From an uncultured Verrucomicrobiota bacterium (GTDB lineage Bacteria; Verrucomicrobiota; Verrucomicrobiia; Chthoniobacterales; JACTMZ01): a DNA stretch of 64,000 bases. Positions 30,952-40,270 of the stretch are shown here, in pieces. A program made the translations under genes and the position numbers. Where the stretch lies: the NCBI GenBank assembly GCA_903953565.1, contig CAJBKE010000061.1, forward strand, positions 7,604-71,603, read 5' to 3'. Position 1 is the stretch's first letter. Each line of letters starts with the position of its first letter. The notes under the pieces are model-generated. The model had not been told where the DNA came from, searched no databases, and saw only the letters and a program-made list of their open reading frames with translations.

Positions 30952-31304
30952 GCTGCTCTTGTAGGCGTGGCCGAGCGCGGACGCCAGCCCGTGACGTGAT
31001 CGAGACATTCGGCAATGACGGGGCAATCAAAGCCAGACACTCACCGATGACCGCCGGACGATCCGGTTCGACCGGCATGCCACCCCAGCAACGGCGCGCC
31101 ATAAAATCGCGGCGGGAGTTTTCTCGAACAACCTCACCCGCATGATCTCGCCGAATCCGGGCAAGACGAGAGCGAGTTCGGGGGACGCCCAAAACCTCAG
31201 AGAGGCCGGCCGCCGCGCGATCGCTCAGGGTGATACATCCAACGGGAAAAGATTGTCCGCTCATTGCGTCGAGTTAACCGAGAACAAATAGTCGAGCAAT
31301 GGTA

Positions 31305-31327
31305 TTGACACCACAACCTGTTGTGGT
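31305..31327 (+). promoter_or_regulatory. nrdR promoter -35 (TTGACA) overlapping an NrdR-box-like palindrome
   Basis: TTGACA at 31305-31310. ACCACAAC-CT-GTTGTGGT (31310-31327) has 8-bp perfect arms. Its core cACAAC....GTTGTg resembles the NrdR-box consensus acaCwAtATaTwGtgt at the outer positions. It ends 31 nt upstream of the nrdR ATG. Confidence 0.4.
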
Positions 31328-31357
31328 AACAACGCCTTGGAGTTAGGCTAAAACACT

Positions 31358-31873
31358 ATGCGTTGCCCCCGATGCGGAGACATGAGCGACCGTGTGATCG
31401 ACTCGCGCACCATCCAGGAAGGCGAGCGCATTCGACGACGCCGCCAATGCGTGGCATGCGGCACGCGCTACACGACCTACGAAGCCATCGAACAGGTCGA
31501 ACTTCGCGTGCTCAAACGGAACGGCCGCGCCGAGCCGTTCCACCGCTACAAGCTCCTCAGCAGTCTTTCCAAGGCTTGCGAGAAACGTCCGATCAAACTC
31601 GAAACTCTCGAGCGGCTTGCGGACGAAATCGTGATCGAGCTAAGCGCCGAGAGCGGGCGCGAAGTGGCCAGCCGGCTCATCGGGCTCCGCGCCATGGAGA
31701 AACTCCAAGCCATCGATCCCGTCGCCTACGTTCGCTACGCCTCCATTTATCGCCAATTCCAGGAAGCCGGTGAGTTCGTCGACGAGGTGGAACAAATGAA
31801 GAAACGTAGCCCGCGCCGCGCCGACCAACCCGAGCTCTTCACCGCGGCAAGCAAGCCCACCGCCCCCGCCTGA
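31358..31873 (+). CDS. nrdR: transcriptional repressor NrdR
   Basis: MRCPRCG...RRRQCVACGTRYTTYE zinc ribbon followed by an ATP-cone. Confidence 0.95.
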   Translation: MRCPRCGDMSDRVIDSRTIQEGERIRRRRQCVACGTRYTTYEAIEQVELRVLKRNGRAEPFHRYKLLSSLSKACEKRPIKLETLERLADEIVIELSAESGREVASRLIGLRAMEKLQAIDPVAYVRYASIYRQFQEAGEFVDEVEQMKKRSPRRADQPELFTAASKPTAPA

Positions 31874-31889
31874 TCATCCCTCAACTCCC

Positions 31890-32450
31890 TTGATCGCCTT
31901 CGCCGACAACCTCCCGCTCGTCCGCCTCGCTGACAAGCGCGCCGTCAAATACGAGCGCGCCTGGCTCGAGCGCGCTGTGGCCGAGGCCGCCGAGGAAGCG
32001 GGCTACGAGCGGTGGTGGCTCGCCCCTCATGTTGCCGAGAGCGTGACCAGCTACCTCGAACGCGAGTTTGAGGAAAACATCATTGCCAGTCAGTGCCTGC
32101 GCACCCTCGTCTCCAGCGTCCTGCAAGTGATCGGTTATCCGGAAGTGGCCCGCGGCTTCAAACTCCCCGAACCGCCCGTGCGCATATCGCTCGCCGCCCT
32201 AGCAGAATCCGCCGGCGCCGGCTATGAATTGGCTTTCTTTCACGAACTCGACCGCACGCTGCGCCGCGTTCTCTCTTCGCGCAGTTCACGCGTCGAACTC
32301 TGCGATCTGGCCGACTGCGTCAAACGCCTGCGCCGCGCCCGCGCCTGGCGCAAAGATTGCGCCGCCCTGCGCAATGAAATTGTCGCACACGTCCGCGGAC
32401 AAGCCGCGCGCCTCCGCCGCAAACGCGGACTCGAACTCGAGCTGACATGA
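31890..32450 (+). CDS. hypothetical protein (co-oriented between nrdR and the HIT gene)
   Basis: 186 aa with a TTG start. I recognise no family. It starts 16 nt after nrdR and overlaps the HIT gene by 4 bp. Confidence 0.5.
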   Translation: MIAFADNLPLVRLADKRAVKYERAWLERAVAEAAEEAGYERWWLAPHVAESVTSYLEREFEENIIASQCLRTLVSSVLQVIGYPEVARGFKLPEPPVRISLAALAESAGAGYELAFFHELDRTLRRVLSSRSSRVELCDLADCVKRLRRARAWRKDCAALRNEIVAHVRGQAARLRRKRGLELELT

Positions 32451-32785
32451 CCCTCTTCGAGCGTATTGCCGCCGGCGAAATCCCCGCAGACATCGTCCGC
32501 AATGACGACGACGTTCTTGCCATCCGCGACATCAATCCCCAGGCGCCGGTCCACATTCTCGTGATTCCCCAGCACGTCATTCCCCGCATCGGGGAGGCTC
32601 GCGACAACGATGCCGCCATTCTCGGCAAGCTCCTCCTCGCCGCGCGCGACATCGCCAAGCAAGAAGGCCTCGATGAGACCGGCTACCGTCTGGTCATCAA
32701 CCACGGTCCCAATGCGGGTGAGAGTGTTCCGCATTTGCATATCCATCTCCTCGGCGGACGACCGATGGACTGGCCGCCGGGTTAG
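32447..32785 (+). CDS. HIT-family (histidine triad) nucleotide-binding protein
   Basis: FERIAAGEIPADIV... and the histidine triad HLHIHLLGG. Confidence 0.92.
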   Translation: MTLFERIAAGEIPADIVRNDDDVLAIRDINPQAPVHILVIPQHVIPRIGEARDNDAAILGKLLLAARDIAKQEGLDETGYRLVINHGPNAGESVPHLHIHLLGGRPMDWPPG

Positions 32786-32788
32786 GGC

Positions 32789-32851
32789 GGTGGATCGCGG
32801 TGTCCCTATCGCGATTTTCTGAACTATCGCGCCGGGACGGCGCGATCCACC
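32789..32851. repeat. REP/BIME-like palindromic element, copy c
   Basis: GGTGGATCGCGGTGTCCCTATCGCGAT followed by TTTTCT, a 10-nt spacer, then the inverted copy ATCGCGCCGGGACGGCGCGATCCACC. It lies between the convergent HIT stop (32785) and hemB stop (32896). Confidence 0.7.
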
Positions 32852-32895
32852 CGTCCCTACGACGAGAACCCTCTCGGGTTCGGCAGTAACTTTTT

Positions 32896-33879
32896 CTAGC
32901 TCTTGCTTGCCTCAGCCATTTCCCGCGCAAAATAGGTGATGACGAGATCCGCCCCCGCCCGCTTGATCGCGAGCAAAGCCTCGTCCCGGCATTTCTCGTA
33001 ATCCAACCACCCTGCCCTCGCTGCTGCGTGGATCTGCGCGTATTCGCCGGACACTTGGTAAGCGACCAGCGGCAGCTTCGTCTGCTCCCGCACCGCGCGA
33101 ATCACATCGAGATAAGGCCCCGCCGGTTTGACCATGACCATGTCCGCGCCTTCCCGCTCGTCCAATTCCACCTCCCGCAGCGCTTCGCGGACATTAGCCG
33201 GATCGAGCTGGTAGGTTGCCTTGGAAATGGGCTTGCTCTGCGCGCTGCCCACCGCGTCACGGAACGGACCGTAATACGCCGAGGCGAACTTAGCCGCGTA
33301 GGCGAGAATGCACGTATCCGTGCGCCCTGCCGCATCGAGCGCCGCACGGATTGCCCCAACGCGTCCATCCATCATGTCGGAGGGAGCCACAATATCGGCG
33401 CCCGCCTCGGCTTCCTTGACCGCCAACCGGCCAAGCATTTCCACCGTCGGATCGTTGTCCACATCACGCCCATCCTTCGTAAGCATGCCGTCGTGACCGT
33501 GATCGGTGTAAGGATCAAGCGCGACGTCGGCGATGAGCACCAATTCGGGCACCGCCGACTTCACCTCGCTTAGGGCGCGGAAAAGCAGATTGTCCGGCGA
33601 CAGTGCATGGGAACCTTTTTCGTCCTTGTGTGCGGGATCGATGACCGGGAAAACGGCCACGGCAGGAATCCCGAGATCGAAAGCCTCGCGGCATTCGCGG
33701 ACCAGATCTTTCACGTTGCGCCGTTCCACGCCGGGCATCGAGGCAACGGGCTCGTTGTGATCTCCACCATGCACAAAAAGCGGATAAACGAGATCCGCCA
33801 CATCGAGCCGCGTTTCACGGGTCATCCGCCGCAGGCCTTCACTGGCCCGGTTACGGCGCAGGCGGGTGGTCAGTTGCAC
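32896..33879 (-). CDS. hemB: porphobilinogen synthase (delta-aminolevulinate dehydratase)
   Basis: The GTG start at 33879 is preceded by GAGGA 7 nt upstream. RLRRNR...RETRL...DLVYPLFV, active-site Lys regions (MVKPA, YQVSGEY). Confidence 0.92.
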   Translation of the reverse strand: MQLTTRLRRNRASEGLRRMTRETRLDVADLVYPLFVHGGDHNEPVASMPGVERRNVKDLVRECREAFDLGIPAVAVFPVIDPAHKDEKGSHALSPDNLLFRALSEVKSAVPELVLIADVALDPYTDHGHDGMLTKDGRDVDNDPTVEMLGRLAVKEAEAGADIVAPSDMMDGRVGAIRAALDAAGRTDTCILAYAAKFASAYYGPFRDAVGSAQSKPISKATYQLDPANVREALREVELDEREGADMVMVKPAGPYLDVIRAVREQTKLPLVAYQVSGEYAQIHAAARAGWLDYEKCRDEALLAIKRAGADLVITYFAREMAEASKS

Positions 33880-33889
33880 GATTCGATCC

Positions 33890-36523
33890 TCAAAGGGAAT
33901 GGAGCACGGACTCGAGCTTGGCCCGTTTGGCCTGCCAGTCCGCGCCGCGCTGTTTGAAAGTCTCGAGCACCTGCGCAGGCGCGCCGCCGACAAACGACTC
34001 GTCGGAAAGCTTGGCCTTCACCTTGGCAATCTCGGCATCGACCTTGACGATCTCCGACTCGAGACGCTTGCGCTCGGCAGCCACGTCGATTTCCAAATCC
34101 AAATAGACCTCGCCGAGCGGCGTCGGCGTGTGCGGCATTTTCTTGGGCGGTCCACCCGCACCAAGTTCTTCAAGCCGCGAGGCCTTGGCCAACAAGCGGA
34201 AGACTGACAGATCGAGACCCGCAAAGGCCGGATCGCGGGCCAGATATGCGGCGCATTCCTGATTGGCGGCTACTTTGAATTCCGCACGGAGCACACGGAC
34301 ATTGCGCACTGCATCGTAGACACCATGCACGGCGTTGGACGCGCGCGCCTTGTCTTCCGCGGAAACATGCGGCAACGAATCCTCCGGCGGCGGCGCGGCA
34401 AAAAGAATCATCCCGGCTTTCCCCTCGCCCTGCGCGAAGCCGAGACGCGACCACAACTCCTCCGTGATGTGCGGCATGAACGGATGCAGCAAACGCAGGT
34501 AACCGCTCAACACGTGATCCATCACGGCACGGACACCATCGGCCGCTTCGCCGCCCGCGGCCAACCCGGCCTTGCTCGCCTCGACATACCAGTCGCAATA
34601 CGAGTTCCAGAAAAAGTCATACAACACGGCCGCCGCCTCATGGAAATGGAAGTCATCCAAAGCCCGACGGTATCCCGCATGCATCGCATCAAAAGCGACC
34701 AGCACGGCGATCGAGTAAGGCGAAAGCTTCTGCTCGGAAAGCGGCTTGGTCACCGCGGAGCTTCCCTGCATTTCGCGGAAACGGGCTGCGTTCCACAGCT
34801 TGTTGGCAAAGTTACGCCCCTCTTTGATCTGGTTCTCGTCGAAACGCACGTCCTGCCCGTGGGGCGCAATGCGCATGAGACCGAACCGCAGCCCGTCGGC
34901 CCCGTATTTCGCCATCAGATCCAGCGGATCCGGCGAGTTGCCCAGACTCTTGGACATCTTCCGGCCCTTCAGGTCGCGAATGATGCTGGTGAAAAACACA
35001 TTGCGGAACGGCACCTCGCCGGTGAATTCGAGTCCGGCCATGATCATGCGCGCGACCCAGAAGAAAATGATGTCCGGGCCGGTCACGAGGTCGTTCGTCG
35101 GATAGAACTTCTTCCGCGTGGCGTCGTCCATCGTGGCGAATGGCCAGAGCCAGGAACTGAACCACGTATCGAGCACGTCGTCGTCCTGACGCCACTTCTC
35201 CGGACCGGGCGGAGCTTCGAGGCCGACGTGCACGACCGATGGGTCGTCCTGAAGATACCAGACCGGAACGCGATGCCCCCACCAGAGCTGACGGCTGATG
35301 CACCAGTCTTGGATGTTCGTCATCCAGTGCTCGTAAATTTTTGCCCAGCGCTCCGGCACAAAGCGGATCTTTCCGGAGGTCACCGCCTCCAACGCCGCCG
35401 GGACCTGCGGATACCGCAAAAACCACTGTTCGCTCAACCGCGGCTCGATCGGCACATCGGCCCGCTCGCTGTAGCCGACGTTGTTCGCGTAATCCTCGAC
35501 CCGCACGAGCAGGCCCAGTTCCTCCAGCCTCTGCACCGCCGCCTCGCGCGCGGCGAAGCGCTCCATCCCGGCAAACTCCGGTCCGGCCAAATCGTTGAGC
35601 GTGCCATCCGGATTCATCACGTCGACCACGGCCAAACCATGACGCTGACCGATCTCAAAGTCCGCCTTGTCATGCGCCGGCGTCACCTTGAGCACGCCCG
35701 TGCCGAAGGTCATGTCGATATGCGTGTCGCCGATGATCGGGATTTCCGCCCGCGGAAACGGACGCACCGCATGCTTCCCGATAAAGCGCGCGTAACGCGG
35801 GTCGTCCGGGTGGACGGCCACCGCGGTGTCGCCCATCAGCGTCTCGGGTCGCGTCGTGGCAATTTCCAAATACGTCCCCGGCTCTTCCGCCACCTCGTAG
35901 CGCATTACGTAGAGCTTGCCCTTGGCGGGCTTCATGATGACTTCCTCGTCGCTCAACGCCGTTTGCGACACCGGACACCAATTGACCATGCGCTTGCCGC
36001 GGTAAATCAGCCCTTGCGCGTGCAGTTTGACGAATACCTCCTGCACCTGCCGCGAGTAATCCTCATCCATGGTAAACCGCTCGCGGTCCCAATCGCAGGA
36101 GCAGCCGAGGCGTTTGAGCTGCTTGATAATGATGCCGCCGTGTTTTTCCTTCCACGTCCACACGCGCTTCAAAAATTCCTCCCGTCCCAAATCGCGGCGC
36201 GTTTTACCCTCTTCCTTGCGCAATTGCCGCTCGACCACAGTTTGCGTGGCGATGCCGGCATGGTCCGTGCCTGGCAACCACAGCACCTCGTGGCCCGTCT
36301 GCCGCGCACGGCGCGCCAGGATGTCCTGCAGCGTGTTGTTCAGCACATGGCCGAGCGTGAGCACACCGGTGACGTTCGGAGGTGGAATGACAATGGAAAA
36401 CCCGGGCTTGGTGGAGGCGGGGTCAGCCGCAAAGCAACCTTCCTTGATCCACTCCCCATACCACCGCTCTTCCACGGCACCGGGTTCATAAGCTTTGGAA
36501 ATCTCGGACATCGAACCGGCCAT
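33890..36523 (-). CDS. valS: valine--tRNA ligase
   Basis: PPPNVTGVLTLGHV (HIGH), KMSKSLGN (KMSKS), and a C-terminal coiled coil. The start is at ATG 36523 or 36511. Confidence 0.96.
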   Translation of the reverse strand: MAGSMSEISKAYEPGAVEERWYGEWIKEGCFAADPASTKPGFSIVIPPPNVTGVLTLGHVLNNTLQDILARRARQTGHEVLWLPGTDHAGIATQTVVERQLRKEEGKTRRDLGREEFLKRVWTWKEKHGGIIIKQLKRLGCSCDWDRERFTMDEDYSRQVQEVFVKLHAQGLIYRGKRMVNWCPVSQTALSDEEVIMKPAKGKLYVMRYEVAEEPGTYLEIATTRPETLMGDTAVAVHPDDPRYARFIGKHAVRPFPRAEIPIIGDTHIDMTFGTGVLKVTPAHDKADFEIGQRHGLAVVDVMNPDGTLNDLAGPEFAGMERFAAREAAVQRLEELGLLVRVEDYANNVGYSERADVPIEPRLSEQWFLRYPQVPAALEAVTSGKIRFVPERWAKIYEHWMTNIQDWCISRQLWWGHRVPVWYLQDDPSVVHVGLEAPPGPEKWRQDDDVLDTWFSSWLWPFATMDDATRKKFYPTNDLVTGPDIIFFWVARMIMAGLEFTGEVPFRNVFFTSIIRDLKGRKMSKSLGNSPDPLDLMAKYGADGLRFGLMRIAPHGQDVRFDENQIKEGRNFANKLWNAARFREMQGSSAVTKPLSEQKLSPYSIAVLVAFDAMHAGYRRALDDFHFHEAAAVLYDFFWNSYCDWYVEASKAGLAAGGEAADGVRAVMDHVLSGYLRLLHPFMPHITEELWSRLGFAQGEGKAGMILFAAPPPEDSLPHVSAEDKARASNAVHGVYDAVRNVRVLRAEFKVAANQECAAYLARDPAFAGLDLSVFRLLAKASRLEELGAGGPPKKMPHTPTPLGEVYLDLEIDVAAERKRLESEIVKVDAEIAKVKAKLSDESFVGGAPAQVLETFKQRGADWQAKRAKLESVLHSL

Positions 36524-36563
36524 GATTCCGAAGCCGACGGCTCCTGTAAATCGCTTTCCGGCT

Positions 36564-37949
36564 TCACGGACCCCGGCCAGCGAGGTCCTCGGGACCGGAA
36601 CGGAGGAAATTTTGCGCCAGAGCCTCGTAAAGGGCCACCGGACAGACCCGCCGCGAGACTTCATAAGCCACGATGGACGCTACACCGAGGGGCAGCGTGA
36701 AGGCGATCGCTCCGGTCATTTCGATCACGATAATGAATGACGTCATGGGGCTCTGCACCACGCCGGAAAAATAGGCCACGATCCAGAGCAGGATGAGTCC
36801 CTGCAGGCTGGCCCCGCTCCAGGCAAACCAACCCGCCGTGGCCTGCCCCAATCCCGCGCCAACCGAAAAAGAAGGGTCGAACAATCCGCCGGGAATTCCG
36901 GTGAGCAGGACGAGCATGCTCGCTGCCGCGCGCTGCAGCGCATACCAAGGCCCGAGGCTGTCCCTCGTTGCTTCCAAAGCGGCAACCTCTTCGGCCGGCA
37001 AGGTCGAGAGATAAGCCGGGCTGCCCTGCAGGACCAGCGCCCTCGCCGCATCGTGTCCGGTGCCAAGCGTGGCACCGTTGGAAAACCAGGCCAGCGCGGC
37101 ACAGGCCAGACCGATGACCACCGCCACCGGCGCGAAATGCGAGCGCATCAGTCGGGTGACCTTCGGCACGAGAAGGAGCAACACTTTGGCGAACAATCCC
37201 CCGAGCAAACCGCCGATTGCCCCGACGATGAGCACCGCCACCCACGGCCCCGGCGAAAGGAACTCGAGCGGTAGGGTGCGCCCGAAGTCGACTTGTCCGA
37301 AGGAATAATAGTTTCCGAGAAAAACGAGACAGACGAGGCACGCGACCATCACCGTGCGGATGATGATGCCGAGGTTTCGTTTGTCGAAGCACCGCCCGAT
37401 TTCCTCGAAGGCAAAAACCAAACCGGCAACCGGCGCATTGAAAGCTGCGGCAATTCCCGCCGCGCCCCCGGCCATGATCAGTCCGCGCTCGGCGAGCTGA
37501 ACCGGAAAACGCACCCAGCGTCCGGCCCAATGCATGAAACAAGCGCCGAGTTGGACCGAAGGCCCCTCGCGACCGATGGAAAAAAGCGAAAACAGGCCCA
37601 ACGCGGTGAGAACCGCCTTACCAGTGGCAACACGCGGGGAAAACATGCGGTCGCGCAATTCACCCGGACCTTTCTCCAGAGCCGCGATTGTCTGCGGAAT
37701 CCCCGTGCCGTCAGTCCAAGGAAAGACATGATCTCGCAGCCACAGAATGAGGAGCAGTCCGAGCGGCATGAGGAGAAACACCGCCCACGGAGCGGACGAC
37801 CACAACCATGCGGAGAAACTCGTGGCTCCGCGGTCGGCAAAGATGAAAAAGAGCGCGCCTGCGCCGGCCATTACCGCGCCCACCAAGGACGCTAAAATCG
37901 CGCGCCAACTGCTGTGCCCGTCACTCTCTTTCATGCCGCGCTTTTGCAC
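36564..37949 (-). CDS. ClC-family chloride channel / H+-Cl- antiporter
   Basis: 461 aa, polytopic. Selectivity motifs GREGPSVQ and GIPGGLFDPS. Confidence 0.9.
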   Translation of the reverse strand: MQKRGMKESDGHSSWRAILASLVGAVMAGAGALFFIFADRGATSFSAWLWSSAPWAVFLLMPLGLLLILWLRDHVFPWTDGTGIPQTIAALEKGPGELRDRMFSPRVATGKAVLTALGLFSLFSIGREGPSVQLGACFMHWAGRWVRFPVQLAERGLIMAGGAAGIAAAFNAPVAGLVFAFEEIGRCFDKRNLGIIIRTVMVACLVCLVFLGNYYSFGQVDFGRTLPLEFLSPGPWVAVLIVGAIGGLLGGLFAKVLLLLVPKVTRLMRSHFAPVAVVIGLACAALAWFSNGATLGTGHDAARALVLQGSPAYLSTLPAEEVAALEATRDSLGPWYALQRAAASMLVLLTGIPGGLFDPSFSVGAGLGQATAGWFAWSGASLQGLILLWIVAYFSGVVQSPMTSFIIVIEMTGAIAFTLPLGVASIVAYEVSRRVCPVALYEALAQNFLRSGPEDLAGRGP

Positions 37950-37974
37950 ATAAGCAACTTCTCCAGCAACCCGT

Positions 37975-38256
37975 TCACATCGTGCCGCGCAGCATCATCG
38001 CGATGAACGCAAGCAGCGCGGCGACAGCTGCCGCCCACCATGCCCAGCCGATCCCCTCCGGTTTCACACCATCACCGCCGAATTCCCGGCGCTTGAAATC
38101 CTCGTAATCGAATTCCTCGTCCGGCAGATCGAGTCCGCCCGTGGTGTCAGCATCCTCGCGCCATCCAGAGCGCTCATCGGCCCCGCAATCGGGGCAGGCC
38201 AAGGCGCCACGCGGCACATCCTCGCCACAGGCCGGACAAACTTCGGGCGCCTTCAT
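37975..38256 (-). CDS. zinc-ribbon protein with C-terminal TM anchor
   Basis: CPACG...CPDCG, an acidic linker, and the TM helix WAWWAAAVAALLAFIAMML. Confidence 0.55.
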   Translation of the reverse strand: MKAPEVCPACGEDVPRGALACPDCGADERSGWREDADTTGGLDLPDEEFDYEDFKRREFGGDGVKPEGIGWAWWAAAVAALLAFIAMMLRGTM

Positions 38257-38296
38257 CTCTTCCCCCTCGGTGCCCTCTCTTTTATCTGCAGTCTCA

Positions 38297-38992
38297 TTAT
38301 TCCTCGAACAACGCGGTCAACACCGCCCGCGTGTCCGACAAATCCTCGAACAGAAAATCCGGTTTGTGCGACGCCAATTCATCTTTGCCGTAGCTCCCCG
38401 TGGCAATTGCTACCGCGACAAATCCCGCGGCCCGCGCACAATCGATGTCCCGCGGCGTGTCGCCTATAACATAGACATCCTCCGCTTCGAAGCTGCTTCC
38501 GTGTTTCTCCACCGCCCTCGAGTGAGCCACCGGCCCCAGCTTGTTGCGGTCGAAGTGGTCATCGGCAAACGCCCCGAATTCGAAAAAGTCCCATACCCCA
38601 TAGTGCGACAGCTTCAACTCCGCCCCCTTCTCGATATTCCCCGTGAGCAGCCCGAGAACGCAGTCCTCGCGTCCGTGCAAAGCCTCGAGCAACTCGACAA
38701 TCCCCGGTAAAACACACCCCTCGCGCCGCGGCAACTCCAAGGCCAGATGATGAACATAACCATCGAGCAGATCGGCCACATTCTCCGGCGTGTGCGGAAT
38801 GGCGTTGGCCTCGAACATTTGCCGGACAATGGCCCCGTCGGTCGAACCGGCGAACGAAATCCCCGACAAATCATCCTCCACCCCGAATCGCTCCTGCAAG
38901 GCGACGCGCAAAGCATGCTCCCCCGCTCGCCCGGTCAGCAGCAGCGTCCCATCGATATCGAAAAGCAGAAGTTTTTTGCGCGCCATGGCCAA
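38297..38992 (-). CDS. HAD-superfamily hydrolase (phosphoglycolate-phosphatase-like)
   Basis: Motif I LLFDIDGTLL, motif II LLTGN, motif IV VIGDTPRDI. Confidence 0.85.
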   Translation of the reverse strand: MAMARKKLLLFDIDGTLLLTGRAGEHALRVALQERFGVEDDLSGISFAGSTDGAIVRQMFEANAIPHTPENVADLLDGYVHHLALELPRREGCVLPGIVELLEALHGREDCVLGLLTGNIEKGAELKLSHYGVWDFFEFGAFADDHFDRNKLGPVAHSRAVEKHGSSFEAEDVYVIGDTPRDIDCARAAGFVAVAIATGSYGKDELASHKPDFLFEDLSDTRAVLTALFEE

Positions 38993-39125
38993 ACCCTAAC
39001 CTCCTCGACTCTTGAGAGCGAGCGTCCGTCCGAGGCATAGCGCTCTACGAGCCGGAGGCCCCGCGCCATTGCCTCCCCCAAAGCCTTCTTGCCCCGATCC
39101 ACCCGCCCAACCGAATCTATCCCTC

Positions 39126-39614
39126 ATGTCCGCCGAACGCGTCCTCGCCGTCGATCCCTCCCTCCGCGGGACCGGCTACGCCGTGCTGGAGTCTTCGCAG
39201 GGAAAAATGCGCGCCCTCGCCTACGGCGTGGTGACCAACCCTCCCAAACTCTCCGCCCACCACTGCCTGCGCGAGATTCACGAAACTCTCGGCCGCATCG
39301 CCGACGCCCATCAACCCACCGCCTTCGCCATCGAGGGAGTCATCTATGTGCAGAACGTCCGCACCGCCATCATCATGGGATCGGCCCGTGGCGCCGCACT
39401 CATCATCGCCGCGACACACGGACTCGAAGTGCACGAATACGCCCCGCGCCTCATCAAGCAAGCCGTAGTCGGACGCGGGGCCGCGCAAAAAGACCAGGTC
39501 GCCTTCATGATCCGCGCCCTGCTCGGACTCAAGGAAACCCCACCGCCAGATGCGGCCGACGCCTTGGCCATCGGCGTGACTCATTTCAACCGCCGCGCCA
39601 CCGCCATCCGATGA
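39126..39614 (+). CDS. ruvC: crossover junction endodeoxyribonuclease RuvC
   Basis: 162 aa from the ATG at 39126. VLAVDPSLRGTGYAVLE, FAIEGVIY and DAADALAIGVTH are catalytic acidic motifs. Confidence 0.92.
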   Translation: MSAERVLAVDPSLRGTGYAVLESSQGKMRALAYGVVTNPPKLSAHHCLREIHETLGRIADAHQPTAFAIEGVIYVQNVRTAIIMGSARGAALIIAATHGLEVHEYAPRLIKQAVVGRGAAQKDQVAFMIRALLGLKETPPPDAADALAIGVTHFNRRATAIR

Positions 39615-40270
39615 CCGTTCCCCAATCACGCTGGCTCGGACGCCTCGCCTACCAACCCGCGCTCGACCTGCAGGAAAAAACCGTCGCTGCCCGCGGGGCC
39701 GGCGAGACCTCCGATCAATTGTTTCTCCTCGAGCATGACCCCGTTTACACCATCGGCCGCCGGCGCGACCGCTCCAGTCTCGGCCCCGCCGCGCTACCGC
39801 ACCCGGTCGTCGAGATCGGCCGCGGCGGACAAGCCACCTTCCACGGACCCGGCCAACTCGTGGGCTATTTCATCTTCGACCTGCAAAAACTCACTCCCGA
39901 CCTCCATTTCTTCCTCCGCTGGATCGAAGAAGGCCTCATCGCGCTTCTCGCCGAATACGGGCTGGCCGCGCAGCGCCGCGAGGGCCTCACCGGCGTTTGG
40001 CTCGAGGACCGCAAGATCGCCAGCATCGGCGTCGGCGTGCGCAAATGGATCACCATGCACGGCTTTGGGCTCAACGTCGGCTCCGACCTTTCCGGCTTCG
40101 CCGCGATCACCCCCTGCGGCATCCAAGGCGTCACGATGACATCCCTCTCCAAGGAAATCGGCCGCGAAATCCCGCTTGAAGAAGTCGCCGACCAAGCCGC
40201 CAAAGTTTTCGGCGCACACTACTGCGCTCTCTCAGCCCTCAACCCTCAACCCTCAACTCAGCAGCCATGA
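39611..40270 (+). CDS. lipB: lipoyl(octanoyl) transferase
   Basis: ATGA overlap with ruvC. LLEHDPVYTIG, RGGQATFHGPGQLVGY, KIASIGV and the catalytic PCG. Confidence 0.92.
   Translation: MTVPQSRWLGRLAYQPALDLQEKTVAARGAGETSDQLFLLEHDPVYTIGRRRDRSSLGPAALPHPVVEIGRGGQATFHGPGQLVGYFIFDLQKLTPDLHFFLRWIEEGLIALLAEYGLAAQRREGLTGVWLEDRKIASIGVGVRKWITMHGFGLNVGSDLSGFAAITPCGIQGVTMTSLSKEIGREIPLEEVADQAAKVFGAHYCALSALNPQPSTQQP

Noticed and set aside
30952-31264. Cobalamin riboswitch or a real 121-aa ORF upstream of the CobC-like histidine phosphatase.
   Set aside because: No B12 box or GGGAA/GGUG core motifs are visible. The ORF has weak third-position GC bias and overlaps the phosphatase start in another frame.
34325-36700. 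791-aa plus-strand ORF antisense to the whole valS gene. Similar long antisense ORFs: 6892-8976 (694 aa), 23798-25561 (587 aa), 22083-23495 (470 aa), 15152-16429 (425 aa), 54718-56028 (436 aa), 5972-7087, 45731-46873 and 52102-53172.
   Set aside because: Each lies opposite a gene with unmistakable family motifs. Their translations are R/G/H/P/L-rich and low in complexity, with no recognisable motifs. Long stop-free antisense frames are expected in GC-rich DNA with strong GC3 bias.
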